Origin: Ylistrum balloti
Taxonomy: Eukaryota
Assembly (NCBI RefSeq): GCF_031769215.1
Contig: NW_026782542.1
Span: forward strand, 558,001-622,000
Direction of reading: 5' to 3'
Length of the DNA stretch: 64,000 nt
The notes beneath the pieces were generated by a model. That model saw nothing but the letters and a program-made list of their open reading frames with translations, searched no databases and had not been told where the DNA came from. Each line of letters opens with the position of its first letter. The first letter of the stretch is position 1. Below, piece after piece: positions 50,702-64,000 of the stretch. Position numbers and translations under genes: made by a program.

Positions 50702-50975
50702 CCATTGGCAGAACTTGGCCCCGAAATATCCTAGAAAATGGGCCATCGGCAGAACCTTGGCTCCGAACCGTCCCAGAAAAAAAATGGGCCATCGGCAGAA
50801 CCTTAGTCCCGAAATATCTAAAAGAGAAACCAGCTCCCAAAATGTCCCAGAAACTGGGTCATCGGCTGAACCTTGGTCCCGAAATGTCCTAGAAAGTGGA
50901 TTATCGGTAGAACATTGGTCCCGAAATGTCCCAGAAACTGAATCATCGGCAGAACCTTGCTCTAAAAATATCTAA
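50702..50975. repeat. Degenerate ~42 bp minisatellite, ~6 units
   Basis: Consensus tcatcggcagaaccttggtcccgaaatgtcccagaaactggg; explains the SSAEPWSRNVPETG repeats in ORF 50580..50975. Confidence 0.85.
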
Positions 50976-53900
50976 GAATAGCGTATCATAGACAAAAACC
51001 AGCTCCCAAAATGAACACGCCCCTGAAATATTCAAGAAAATTATTTGTGGCAGAATTGTTTCTGACATGTTCAAGTCAAGAATATAGCTGGGAGGCCACC
51101 CTGTATTCCGGATCGGTTTAATCGCGGACTCCGATGACTGATCATTGCTGAAATAATGCAATGATCTGTTTGACTTTGTAGGGAAATACTTTTCTGTTTT
51201 CCCTAATCTGCTGCATGAACAACGACCATTGACAATCAAGATACGATTCTTCGAGGTTAAACAGTAACTAACTTATAATGCATACACCAAAAGGAGACCA
51301 TATTTGATTAAAAACACTGCAGTAGCAACATAGATTTAAATAGTCTAGGTAGGTTTTACTCATGTATGATGGTATTACTGATCCCTTTTCAAGCTAGGGA
51401 AACTCTGAATGTGTTGGTAGATGTACATAATCTTAAATGTCACGAAAGTCCGTAAAGAAATAATGTTATGAAAACTCCGTCATAATGTCTTTTCAATCGT
51501 TATACATACATACATTGATAGATATGTTGCTTCGTGGCATCAATTTTTATCAGGATGAGGTCATAATATGTGAGCAACGATAAATGTCGTGACGTGACGG
51601 ACCTTACTTAAATATCGCCGAATCGTTTGTATAATATACTGTATACATACAAACATTGTACTCACAATGCTAATTAAAAAACAGGCTGCATCTCTTCAAG
51701 TTCGACAGTTTTACAGTTTGAATTGTGGTGACGCTTAGCTGAAGGGACAATGGTATGACTGGCCATGATTCCCGGAGGAACTCGGGTTAGACAGATGAAA
51801 TTAAAGCATATTCACCAGACCACCTTGTAAACTAAATAAGGATGAACATTTGGATTTTATCTGTAATTAACATGCAACATTTTGAACGCATAAACATTTA
51901 TAAAACACATACATATATATAACTGTATGTAAAGAAATTGGATACATCTCACTTAAATCCAATAAAATAACACATGGCATAAAATAAATATGTTTCCAAG
52001 GGAACCAAACTCTAATTGACCGGTCATAACATGCTATAATAACACAATGGAGAATACATATGTAGTGTGCAACATTGCTGTCTGGCAGTGATCTGATTAG
52101 TCTAAAATGCAATTGGATTTTTTTCTATGAAATACGTGAATTGACCAAATATACGATGAGGTGCCGGAGATGACACAGAAAAAAAACCGTTCTAACCTCT
52201 GGGAGACAAGGTCGTAGTCTTCATAAACTTTCTTTTTATTCATGGTTTGTTCTAGTGTAATCGATTTTTGTCATTCTGACGGGGACCTCTTTGTGGTAGC
52301 TGGTGAGTACCGCACTGAACTACATGGGAGAGACCCGTCGCATGTCATCGAGAACATAGTGAAGTGACTATTGAGTAATTACACATGTGCTTGAATTAAT
52401 TGAAACATATTAATTGAAACTTCAAATCACGCAGAAAAAAGAAAAAATACATTGTAGTACTCAATGCAATCAAGATGGCGGCGACGAATATATCCCTCAT
52501 AGTATTATTTGATTTTTCTTACGAAAAACATTGCCACGTAAAGAATATATATTGATTGTCTTTCCCTGTTTGTAACGAAAATATTGATATCACTAACATG
52601 TACTGCATATTCGTGAAATGTGACATTTTAACATTAAACAGGTTCAAAGAGCAGAGCGTTACTATCTAGAAAAGGAAAATTCAAAATATTCATATTTTTG
52701 TTATCACACGAGTGACAGTCGGTGGAACAGTTGGCCTTTCACATCACTTAACATTATACAATTTAGATAACAGCTGATGGTAAGTGTTAGTAAAGATAGA
52801 TTTTAAAGTTCCTCGCGGTTATTAAATGGACACAATGAACATCTCCCATTATAGAAAGGCAACATAACATCTTTATATAAATATATTCTTTATTCTTAAT
52901 TCATATTATTGACACCGTGCTATATACTATGACGTCAAAATTAACAGCAATAAACAGTACTACGATTACTGAATGGGTGATCGTGTAGCGTGGCGGATAC
53001 GTGGCGCAATCGGTAAATTATACAATTCATCTTTACTGTTTATTTGTTTGATCAATTGGAGTATTTTATTCCGTAATAATAAAGCCGAAACAACCAATTA
53101 GAGAGGTAATTGTCAGAATGATGTTGTGCATGTTTTAAAATCAGCTGGATCTCGTATGGCTCCCCGCCATGTTCTCATTATACAGAGTCAAAACATAATA
53201 TCTCAAACCAAATACGAATACATGATATCAGTCTAGTTTTAAATGAACTTTAATACTCGCGGGAACACTAGTTCTAGTACCTAAGTTATTTATTTTCAAT
53301 GAGTAACACAAGACACTCATTTGAATGCTAGGCCAAATATCCCTACGTACTACATCGACTGTGTTCATTGGGAATAAAGACATGCTGAATTGGGTATACG
53401 TGGCTCTGCTGCATTTCCAAATTTCACATAAACATGACATTGTTGAACGATCAATGCGTGTGGACTTACGATGTTGTGTTTTCTGTGCTTCGAATAATTT
53501 TCCCTGTTCAGCTATAAATAGTATAACACGAGATATTACAATCACGTCGCCCCTCTTGTTGTCACGCTACAGTCGGCAGACTGAAGTTAGCAAGAGAGAC
53601 CATGCATGATGTTTTTTTCAAAGTTTTTTTTTCGAAACAATTTCTTCCCCGTCACAGACCGACCTGTATAAACATTATTTTTTTTTTACAGCATTATATC
53701 TTTTAAATACCAGAATAGAATGGAAAACATTACGGACACATTGTAAAACAAAATATTTATTTTCTAATCAGCAAATGAGACATTTGTCTAACGTTATAAT
53801 TTCTTGTTGATGAATTTAAAACCTCTGTGTATTTAGCAACACACTGAGTCAAGACAGTAATGCATGATTGGACAAAAAGACAATAATATAAGAAATGCCA

Positions 53901-56900
53901 TCCCGCTCAAAAAGGAGCCTAAAAACACACCCAGCGACCTCCACTGAACTTGGTACAACAGGGATAGTGAACCCGGCCTTTGTCACGACACATGAGTGTA
54001 ATGGGAGGTACAACTATAATATTTGCCTTCATGTGACCCATTAGCCATCGCCATACCTTAACACGTGTTTTACACGACCGTCCACAGATATTTATATATG
54101 TGCTGTGTGCATCTTGTACCGAGTCTTCGCTGCACGTACTACAATCAGAGATGCAATGTTGGAATTTAGAAAGTTATTTTTTATCTGAGAGTTATGCAAC
54201 CGTTATATTGTCATGTGGCATGATGATTTAATCAAGATAGGAATGAATTTAATCTTCATGATTACCGCGCCATTAAATTGAATTTAAATACATTAACCAT
54301 ACCATAACTTTTCGTATGAAAGGGAGAAGCCCTAACATGCCTTCGTAAACAGAATCCACACAGTAACAAGAGTTCATATTAAAGTTTGATCCTCATTGAG
54401 GTCGTCTAATTCTGTTTAAAATCCCTGGAAACCACAGGAACATGTTATAAGGAATATTAGCTATCATTTAATATATAATACGTAAATATCTATAAATAGA
54501 TTTCAAACAACCGAATCTAATATTCACAAATCAGATATCACCTATGATATTCATATATCTACCCTGATACTAGTGTAGTAAGACCAATTACAAACTATCC
54601 TGTTATCATAAGCGTGTAATAGAAAAATGTATCACTTATATGTAAGTATTACTGTATATACATCATACAAGTACTATTGCAAAAAAAAAAAAAAAAAAAA
54701 ATCAGAATTCGAAATCGTTGAGTATTTGCCATGCCGAAATTTCAATCAGCTATTTAAGGTATCCCTTGCGTTTAGATGTCGTAGATCTTAAAGACAGTCT
54801 GTACTGGGAGTCATATAGGAAAGATTTATAGCACAAGTGTGTCGTTTGAGAAGAAAAAAATAATTCACATATCTCTCAGACATAACAAAGATGTCAACTA
54901 CCTCAAGAAGTAATTATCGAAAGGTCAACATTCAGAAAGTTGCGCTATATGTACTTTACACGATATTACCTGTTAAAAATAAGTCATCGAATAGGTATAC
55001 AAATTATGTCTTTTTACCTGGATTCAAATTAGCAAGCAGCCACAGCAAATACTCTCATTCAAATATCGAATAACCCTCTGATTTAATGTATACTGCAAAT
55101 GAAAGTAAAGCATGATGGTTTTTAAACAAGTTCCCTTTTGGAAAATGTTATGTTTATTTGTTTTTTTGTTTTTGTTTTGTCAATATGATCGATAATGGTC
55201 ATGCAAGCTGTTGATAGTGACTCTTGTCTGCCGATGATCCTCTCTCATTTCAGATATTGATATATGCTATTTACACTGGCCCTGGTCGGTGAGGTGGCGT
55301 TACGGTATCTCGATATACCGGGAGAAAGATTACGTCATTAACGCGATGGTCTCTTGAGAGAGTCTGATGGACGTCACGACGCCAGCAGTTTATCAAGCGT
55401 TACCTAGCCAGACTTGCACGTCCAATTAAAGGGATATATTCCAAATGATTATAGTGATTTTGAAAAATTACGTGTAGATATTTCATGTATCTGTCTGTTC
55501 TAAGATAATGCACCTTACTATTTGAATACACATGTGCAACTTTGGCTCGATTCCCTTTTAAAACATATTTTTCGTTCTTTGGTGTCTCTACCAATTATGA
55601 CATCGTACATTCATCACACTTTATAAGCCATCATGTTATGGTAAACAGACCGATTTCTGATATAATATATTGATGAAAATGTACATAGGACAAACAAGTA
55701 AATAGCGCTTTTTGAAACAAATCTAGAATTGGGTGCATTGCATGATATCGATTGAATCCGCCTGTCAATAATTGGTTAAGTATTCACTGAAATGTTTGAA
55801 ATATTTTACTATACGATACATTTTTTTTTCTTCCGTGAAGATATCAATAATAGGAGTATTTTGAAGATCATGATTTATTAAACAGCATGTTGTTTTTTTT
55901 CACCTGTCAGCTAAAACTTTTATTTGGTTTTGCTATGTGCGTGACCAAATATGTATATTAGGATGCTGTCACACTCTGTATTTCGTAAGATGGTAATTTG
56001 CCGGGGTAAAACTGATAATGCAAAATTAAAATGGCCTTTTCCTTATTTGAGTTTTGTCATTTTTTCCATTTTTTTCTACTTCAACTTTTCGACTGTTGCT
56101 GCAGATAGTGTATATAAGTATATATATTTGGGTGCTAGGTTGGAAAGTTGTTTTGCAATGGTCCTATTTATCAAATGTCATGGCGATGGATTTTTTTTTT
56201 CAAAGTTTAGTTTTGACATATTTTTTTTTATCTCAACCTCTGCTCAGTTAAAGTTTACCTGTAAGAGACCAACAGTTTAGTGTATAATTCATTCTTTGAT
56301 CAAGAATAGACATGTATGCATTTCGTATGAGCGTGATTTTCAGGTAAACGTTACAAAGACAGAAGAATGAAGAATGTCAGTAGATGGAAAATCCGTTTGA
56401 TTATTTTTTCCATTTCAAATTTATGGAACTACGCTCATCTCCCTTCAATCCCATCCTACTCAAACGACCCTCGCGAAAAATAAAAGTTAAAAAAAGTAAA
56501 ATAAAATAAATAAAAAAATAAAAACGTTAGACTAAGAAAGTGCAGAATTATTTAAGTGAACACTGATTTGAATGGAAAATACGTAATTCTTGCCAATCTT
56601 TGCCTTGTAGTTTGTTTTAAGAGCACACATTTAGGAAAGTCTTATAGTATTCTCGTGCACCGTATTTCAGTTTATAAACCGTACAATGCCACATGACATT
56701 GCTGCTGTGCATACGGACGATGTTTGTTTGCGTATTGCCATGAACCGTAGCTCATTGTGATATCTGAGATGGGTCCCCGAGGATTTAAATAATTAAAACT
56801 AAAGTTCCTTCACGGAAGACATAACACCGCTCATGAATATTAATGAGATAATTTAATGAGCAGACGTAATGAAGAATAACTGATATTGTCTCTTTAATGG

Positions 56901-57384
56901 ATTTCTACCCTGATCTTTAGAGAAAAAAAAGTTGTGAATTTGGCACTGTAGTGTACTTTCGAAGATCTACCGTTGTTTTGGTATCAGATGTGTGCTATAA
57001 CGAGACTGCAAGCCGCACTAGTGGCTATACGTGGGTTTTTTTCATTTCTTTTCTGGTCTGGATCTATTTTTATCCTGAAATTGATTTTTACGTCCCCGAC
57101 TGATTTTCTATTAAAAATCGCTGATAACAGCCAAACAGTAATTCAGGAAGTAAGTTATGGGAGACTTCGTTCGATCAGCGACGGTGATTTGTTTGACCAA
57201 TATCATTATATACTTGGCTATTAAATCTGTTGCCGGTTAAGTTCTTAATACTTAGTCAACACATATATCAGTATATAAAATATATCTTGTCAACATATTA
57301 ATTTTACAATAATATCGGGACAGTTTATAAGCTTTATTAATCTCTTTTGTTGCTCCGGATTAATTTACGCGAGACCAATTACTG

Positions 57385-57500
57385 TCGATGGGAGTACCTG
57401 TTGGGACAATTGACCTCTGTGCCATTTCACGTTCAATCGACGAAATTGAACCCCGATTACTTTGGTAAAATGTAAGTACAGCACCACTGCGCCATCTGAC
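57385..57500 (-). mobile_element. Decayed tRNA-derived SINE head
   Basis: Reverse complement: A-box-like tggcgcagtggt (57483-57494), B-box-like ggggttcaatttcg (57441-57454), then acgtgaaa, as in the V-family copies. Confidence 0.5.
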
Positions 57501-58984
57501 TTCCTTATATACATAATATTCCTTTTCATATCATTTTTAAGTCAAAGTTTTGTATGTACGAAACTTCATTAGCTTGGTATGACGTTCAGCGATGGTGTGA
57601 ACTAATACATCTATTATAACTTTCTGATAATTTCGTTACTATCCATATTCAACCCATAACTGTATGCTATAGAAAGAAATACATCCGTGAAAAAAAATCA
57701 CATATCAACGAATACGGAACTGCAAAATTATACAGAGAAAACTGCAAAGCTAGCCTGAACAATCGCAAAAACAGCAGGAAGTCAATCTATGTCTGGAAAT
57801 TGCAAGTCATACTCAAAGTTATTGAAACCGGATAAAAATGTACAATGGTGATAAGATCAGGCGTTCCGGAAGGCTAAGTGCCGCCTGATACATAGAAAAT
57901 GTCTGCGTTTTAAATAAATTCATGTAATGCCAAATTGCCCATTCGTCGAGTGCGGGCTTGATAATTATAGTCAACATTTTATCTGTTATTTTTACTTGCT
58001 AGCCAACACAGGCGTCGACATCAAAAAGACCCTTTCGAAAAACATTGTCTTATTTTCTTGTACGCTGTTTTGTTCATATGCAGACTTTGTTTAATCGACT
58101 TTGGGTCTGAAAGTATACTGTATTTGTATTAACATGCCGGTATTATCTTGTCTTTCAAACTATCTCATCAGCTGTCTGGTTATCATAAGTTTGAATCGTC
58201 CTGTGTTTTATATGTGCTGTTTTCCTTGTAAAGTTTGTCAAGTTTGAACGTGTGTATAGTCTCGCCATCTACATATGTAGACCATATTAAAAATATCTGC
58301 AATTGTTTCTGGAAGGGAGAGATATATTATCTTAATCGCTTTCAATGTTCAAGTGTATAAAGTATACTTAAAAATATCAAACGCTGTAATAAATAGATTC
58401 CACTCTTCCCCGTAATTGCTGCTGCTGCTGGTAATGATGATTGTGACGATGATGAAATGATGCCTTGCTTCCTTAAGGGTCCTATTGCTATGCTCATATT
58501 GAGAGTAATATCTTAGAGAAAGTCCAATATTCTGATTATATAATACCTCCTTGTACATACAGTATTTTGCGAATCAGCAGAGTCTCAGTGAGCCTTTAAG
58601 ACAGTCTAATATTCTTGTTGTGAAAATACTTAACGAACGATTTCCAGGGTACTCCGATAACGCTAAAGACTAATTTAACTGACGAGAAAGTTCATGATGT
58701 ATTTATTGAAGGGAGGAGACGTAATATCTGATTTTTTTTATATATACTGACTGTTTATATAACAATTCTGCAAAAGGTTACCTGCTGAATAATGGAACTG
58801 CTTTTTCCATAAATGTAACTGTGTTGCTACGTTTTCCTGACTATATTAGATTTTGCAATATATAGTATTTTTATTTTACAATAAATTGCATCGTTACAGT
58901 TGGTGTTAAGTCACCATGGCTTAAACAACATCACGGAACGACAAACTTCATCCGTATCATTTCTTTCTTCGTCAAGAGTTGCAT

Positions 58985-59207
58985 TGCATCTTTATCAGAA
59001 TAAAAGCGACAAATTTCAAAAGTGACATTTCCCTCTTCAGCAGGAATTGAATTGTGTTCTTATGCGAATAAAAACAACAAATTTGAACTGTAACATTTCT
59101 TTATTAAGCAGGAGTTAAATTATATCTTTATAGAATAAAAACATCACATTTCAACCTTATCTTTTCTCTCTTTAGCAGTACGTCACTTGTATCTTTATCA
59201 GACTAAA
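58985..59207. repeat. Diverged tandem repeat, ~3.2 x 67-68 bp
   Basis: gaataaaa at 58998, 59066 and 59133 plus a partial unit at 59201; conserved a(a/c)attt and agcag. Confidence 0.75.
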
Positions 59208-59373
59208 TTAGCAAGGAAACAGCATATTTAGATTAATTGTTATAAATCAGAGAGTTGCCACAATTCAGTGTTACAATGATTTCATTGGGCAACGTGAAAA
59301 GAGAAGCTTATCCTAAAGTGTCCAGTTGAAATAAAACTGTTTCCGACTTCAAATATGTAAAGAGATCCATGTG

Positions 59374-59402
59374 CCCCCCCCCCCCCCCCCCCCCCCGCCC
59401 CC
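59374..59402. repeat. Poly-C tract (C23 g C5)
   Basis: Directly visible. Confidence 0.97.
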
Positions 59403-62400
59403 GTACTGTTGGAGTATCTTAATACAACCAGATTTCAATGAATACTAAGCTCTTCATATATATCTGTGTATTTTCTTATTCATTTTTTGCCAATAATTAT
59501 TGTTATTACATCAACTCTAAATCGATAATAATCGCCGCACCTATTCCGAGAAACGCGGTATCTTTTACCTCGGCTTATAGACAACACCTTGTGAACTTAA
59601 AGCTTTTAACATGTAATCTATTCACACAAAAGACACCATACATTTTTTATTTTCAAACAAGAGCCGTTTGTAAGTATATGTGGTTCTCGGATCTTGCTCA
59701 ACATTGTTCTAACTTTGTTAATGAGGTGATGTCTAAACGTTTATAAAATGTGATTCACGAGTGGAATGGGTGCATTCTAATATTGCTTTGAATTAATTAT
59801 TTGTTTTGTTTAATAACGAGAATTGACAGTGAATGAAGTACTGCTTGCCGTATGTTATTCTTATTAGACTCACAATCTTCAATATCGAAGCTGCTTGTCA
59901 ACCTTGCGCATCAATAACATAGGAACTACTTTGATTGCCTGTGACCCTCTCACTTCGTCAGCTACTTCATACATCGGCCGTAATGATTGTACCATGATAT
60001 GTATTTAGCATATGCGTTTATATTCTTGCAACCATCATTTAGTATTGTTTTTAGGTGTCTGATTGACGGATATTGGAGCTAAAATATGTCAGCATGATAC
60101 ATATATCTATTTTTTAAGCTGTTGGAATTTATCACATATTAGGCCTCGTCTGAGTAACATTTTTTGTATTTGTCATTAGTGTAATATACCCCAGGGAGTT
60201 TTTATCATTGGTTATGCTAGTCAAAGGTCAATTGTGATGTCATGACATTGACCTCAGCATTTGACAAACACATAACAGTCCTTGGACTTATATTTTATGA
60301 GTTACTTGCCAAGGGATCGCAAAAATAAAAAATAAAAAATAAATCCGAGACTCGGTTTTTTCATCTGAAATGAAAACTGAGTGAAAATCCTTAATATAAT
60401 GCAAAAACACTTTTATTGGAAATCGTAGGAAGAATGAATGAAATTCCTAAAATAGTTCATAATCGCAGAATCGTATTTCCTGCTTTTGGATTTGTACGTA
60501 ATAAAGCATGTTCATCATTGTCACCTGTTTTATGTAGGAGTCAGATCAACTGATGTTTTTTTTTTTATTTTAATATTTGTTATTTTAATCAACCTCATCA
60601 AATCCCTAGGAAAGAAAGACAATGGTATATTTACCAGTGGGACAGAATTCCTACTGGTTAAGTGTTTAATCTGGTTGGTTGGGTTTATTGCTGTCGATAC
60701 TGGTGTGAATTAGGTGCGTTCGGTTATGATTCGGTGCACTTTACTCGTTGTCAAACAATTAATCAATTCATTCTTTCAATTATACACAAAGCGTGTTAAT
60801 GTGAAAATTTGGCATTGCTTTGCAGAGAGAATCACTTGTAATTTAACAGCATCTGTGAGTAACAGGCTCCCTTGTCACTGAGTTGACTTCGTAAAATAGA
60901 AATTATGAAGCTAGTTATGAAAACAAAACGACAATATTAGGATCCTAGCAAGTCACAGCTCCGCCTAAAGGGCATTTTAAGTAGTAAGTTATAGACGCGG
61001 ATATGTATAAACTGGTTCAAAATGATAGAATGCTTGATTGCTCTGCACGAATGAAAATAAAGAACAATGTATATAAAAAAACAGTGAAATAAAAAGAAAG
61101 AATTGTTATATCGAAAATGTATGTAGAAACCATATATAATTGAAAAGGACCAAATGAACTGTTCCGACCCCAAGAGAAAATGCCGAAATGTCTGGTAATA
61201 AATGATATTAGGAGAGAAAAACGTAATAATATTCAGGAGAGAGACATATGATGTGACGCTTTCGTATTAATATTTAATATTACTGGGGTCATTTTATAGA
61301 TTCTGCGTAATAAAATGGGAAACATTATTTTCTACAGACATCAGTAGGTCTGGAATGTTTCGATGAATCTACCAAATATAACCTGTTCAATAATTCTGTG
61401 AATCATAAAGGACTGTCTTTGTAACAAAATTGTACTATCGTAGATCACGTGTCTATCATGTTATTGTAGTCGTAAATTAATCTCTGTTCGGAGATAAAAT
61501 CATATCTACTGGAAATATATTCCGGTCAGGCCCCCATAGCATATCCGACAAAAATATTCCATGGATGAAATCGATGTTATTGACTTAAAACAAATGCTGT
61601 TTTGGTGTGATTTCTGACTGTTTTCGTTCTTGAAGGGACTTGTATATACACTGAACATCAGTTAGTTCTACATTTTCTATCATCGCATTGAAGCCTTTGT
61701 AAAAAGCACGTTTCAGAAATCTTTGGCTTCAACAAGGGTGCTTCATGATCTACGTTTCTGCTTGACAGTGATATAACATAGAGGACACAAATGAGACAGA
61801 ACATATATTTCTGTTCTGCGATTGAGTTTGGCATGTTCTTTTCAACACAAATATCTCGTCTATTGGTATCATTATTTCTGTTGTATCTCAAACCTTACGT
61901 TTTATTTCCTTACATGCTTCCTGAATTGAATGCAAGTATGGATTGTTATAGAATCCCAGATTGTCATCGACAGTCAGGAAGTCTTCTTAAAGAAATAAGT
62001 TGCAAACTTCATATTGGTGAATTGAAATAAATATCGCGGTATAATGATTTCTGTCTAATTCCATCTATATCATTTAGTTTAAGAAATTTCGAATAAAAGG
62101 AAGGTGATCACAGCTGGAAAACACACATTTAGACAAACACTCGTATTAAAGCTTAGGATTGGATATATCTGTGCGAACATTTGTCTGCAACATTGACAAC
62201 GCATATATCAATTTAGATAGCCCTGGAGGGTCCAACAGGACGCGGTAATCACTACTGTGCCGGTGGTCGTCTAGCCAATAGCTTGTATCTCTGGACAATT
62301 GTGATTGATCTGACTAAATCTCACGTTTGCTCTATATAATTATAATATTTGAATTTGTTTTTGTCAAATGTGGTCATGTAGACACAGGATATAAAACATT

Positions 62401-63452
62401 TAAAACGTTCGAAATTTAGGAAGCTTCCCTGTTGTCGTAATCTAAATCAACAGACGTAACACATTGTCGAGTACATGGATACTGGTATCGATCTCGATTG
62501 ATTGATTTTTTAAAAGCCGATATACGCCGAACAGGTAAACGTAGATCTTTATTGAGCTTCTATTTGATACGTTTAACTATGAAACGAATATTTGCTTTCT
62601 TTTTAGCAACGTTTTGGTTAGCTGAAATGAAAAATCCATGATTAGTTTAAAAAATCTCATATGAAATGGAAACGAATTTAAGACACTTTTTATCACATGA
62701 TCGAGTTTTCAAGCAAGCATAAAATATCTGTAATCTCCATTATTACGTCACGATGTAGTCTTTGAATCTGTGACCTCATTTCCTTATCCGGAATAAGTTA
62801 TCTTTCGCATGGTCAGAATGTATTACACACGAATATTGACTTAATAACGAGGCAATTATGCCATAGATAATTAAATTCTTATTGTCGTCCATATCTATTA
62901 CTAAAATCCTTTATATTTCGGAACTAAATAAAAGGAAAAAAATCATTTTAGCAATTTATTCCGTAGCCACTCGTTATCATTTCATGTCGCAAAAATTTTG
63001 TTGATATTTTCAGAACAGACAAAATTTTATTAAATTTAAATCAATGCAAAATAAATCGTTTATATTACAAATTACATTTGTGTAAAGTCCCATACTGATT
63101 TGATTAAGTAAATAATTAGATTATATCGACATATAAGATGTAAGTGAGAGGAGGATTTTAGCTCCGTACGCTTTGTCAGCCACTGAAGGTAAAGCTCGCG
63201 GTTAGATACATACAGTGTAGGTAGCCTTCCTCAGTAAACTGATTTATCGGATTATCTCCCAAACACAACTGCTTTTGACAGCCTTAAATTGAAAGAATAT
63301 AATTTGAATAGCAAAATAATCGTTTTGAACATCTCTGGGACTAAACGTAATTTCAGCACAGTATTATGTAATCTCATACTTTTGTTGGATTTTGAGGTTG
63401 TCAGGAAAACATATCACGGTGTAAATATTTGATAGACACTACAAAGGGTTTC

Positions 63453-64000
63453 TTTTAACACGGCAGTAGTACATACGTGATTGTGTAAGTAAACACACCG
63501 TTCACAAACCATCCCTTTATCATATTGATTATCTAACAATTCAGTATTACGTACGTGATTGTGTAAGTAAACACACCGTTCACAAACCATCCCTTTATCA
63601 TATTGATTATCTAACAATTCAGTATTACGTACGTGATTGTGTAAGTAAACACACCGTTCACAAACCATCCCTTTATCATACTGATCATTTAACAATGCAG
63701 TATTATGTACGTGATTGTTAAGTAAACATACCGTTCACAAACCATCCCTTTATCATATTGATTATCTAACAATTCAGTAGTACATACGTGATTGTGTAAG
63801 TAAACACACCGTTCACAAACCATCCCTTTATCATACTGATCATTTAACAATGCAGTATTATGTACGTGATTGTTAAGTAAACACACCGTTCACAAACCAT
63901 CCCTTTATCATATTGATTATCTAACAATTCAGTATTACGTACGTGATTGTGTAAGTAAACACACCGTTCACAAACCATCCCTTTATCATACTGATCATTT
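63453..64000. repeat. Tandem array of 78/77 bp units, runs off the window end
   Basis: ttgt(g)taagtaaaca at 63481, 63559, 63637, 63715, 63792, 63870, 63947. Confidence 0.97.

Noticed and set aside
55252-55290. IDICYLHWP resembling the aldo-keto reductase DLYLIHWP motif after an acceptor-like site
   Set aside because: Single short match; no other AKR exons or motifs found nearby.
63414-63886. ORFs with 26 aa Cys/His repeats (CERCVYLHNH) resembling metal-binding repeats
   Set aside because: Product of the 78 bp period; 77 bp units break the frame.

Overview
AT-rich (roughly one-third GC by eye) eukaryotic genomic DNA, most likely a bivalve mollusc. That assignment is inferred from the repeat families and decayed protein motifs, not from a search. 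I find no convincing intact protein-coding gene, rRNA, tRNA or CRISPR array; nearly all listed ORFs are short chance ORFs or translations of tandem repeats. The window is a repeat landscape with five large tandem arrays: 80 bp (4.0-4.5 kb), a modular GT-rich 14/29/43 bp array (7.2-10.7 kb), 70 bp (28.6-29.4 kb), 46 bp (45.5-47.0 kb) and 78/77 bp (63.5 kb to the end). It also holds several small minisatellites, two copies of a TA-flanked MITE, a foldback element, tRNA-derived SINE remnants (V- and CORE-domain-like) and several decayed LINE ORF2 fragments. Three same-strand 3' fragments of a Penelope-like (probably Naiad-type) retroelement, a decayed minimal hammerhead ribozyme and a probable fragmented TRIM/NHL-like pseudogene complete the list. 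The best leads are RNA-structural: a crossed-pairing (pseudoknot-capable) motif conserved in all three Penelope-like 3' ends, and the hammerhead remnant. I cannot support a claim of a new multi-gene system. All protein-family calls come from manual translation and motif recall and need HMM confirmation.
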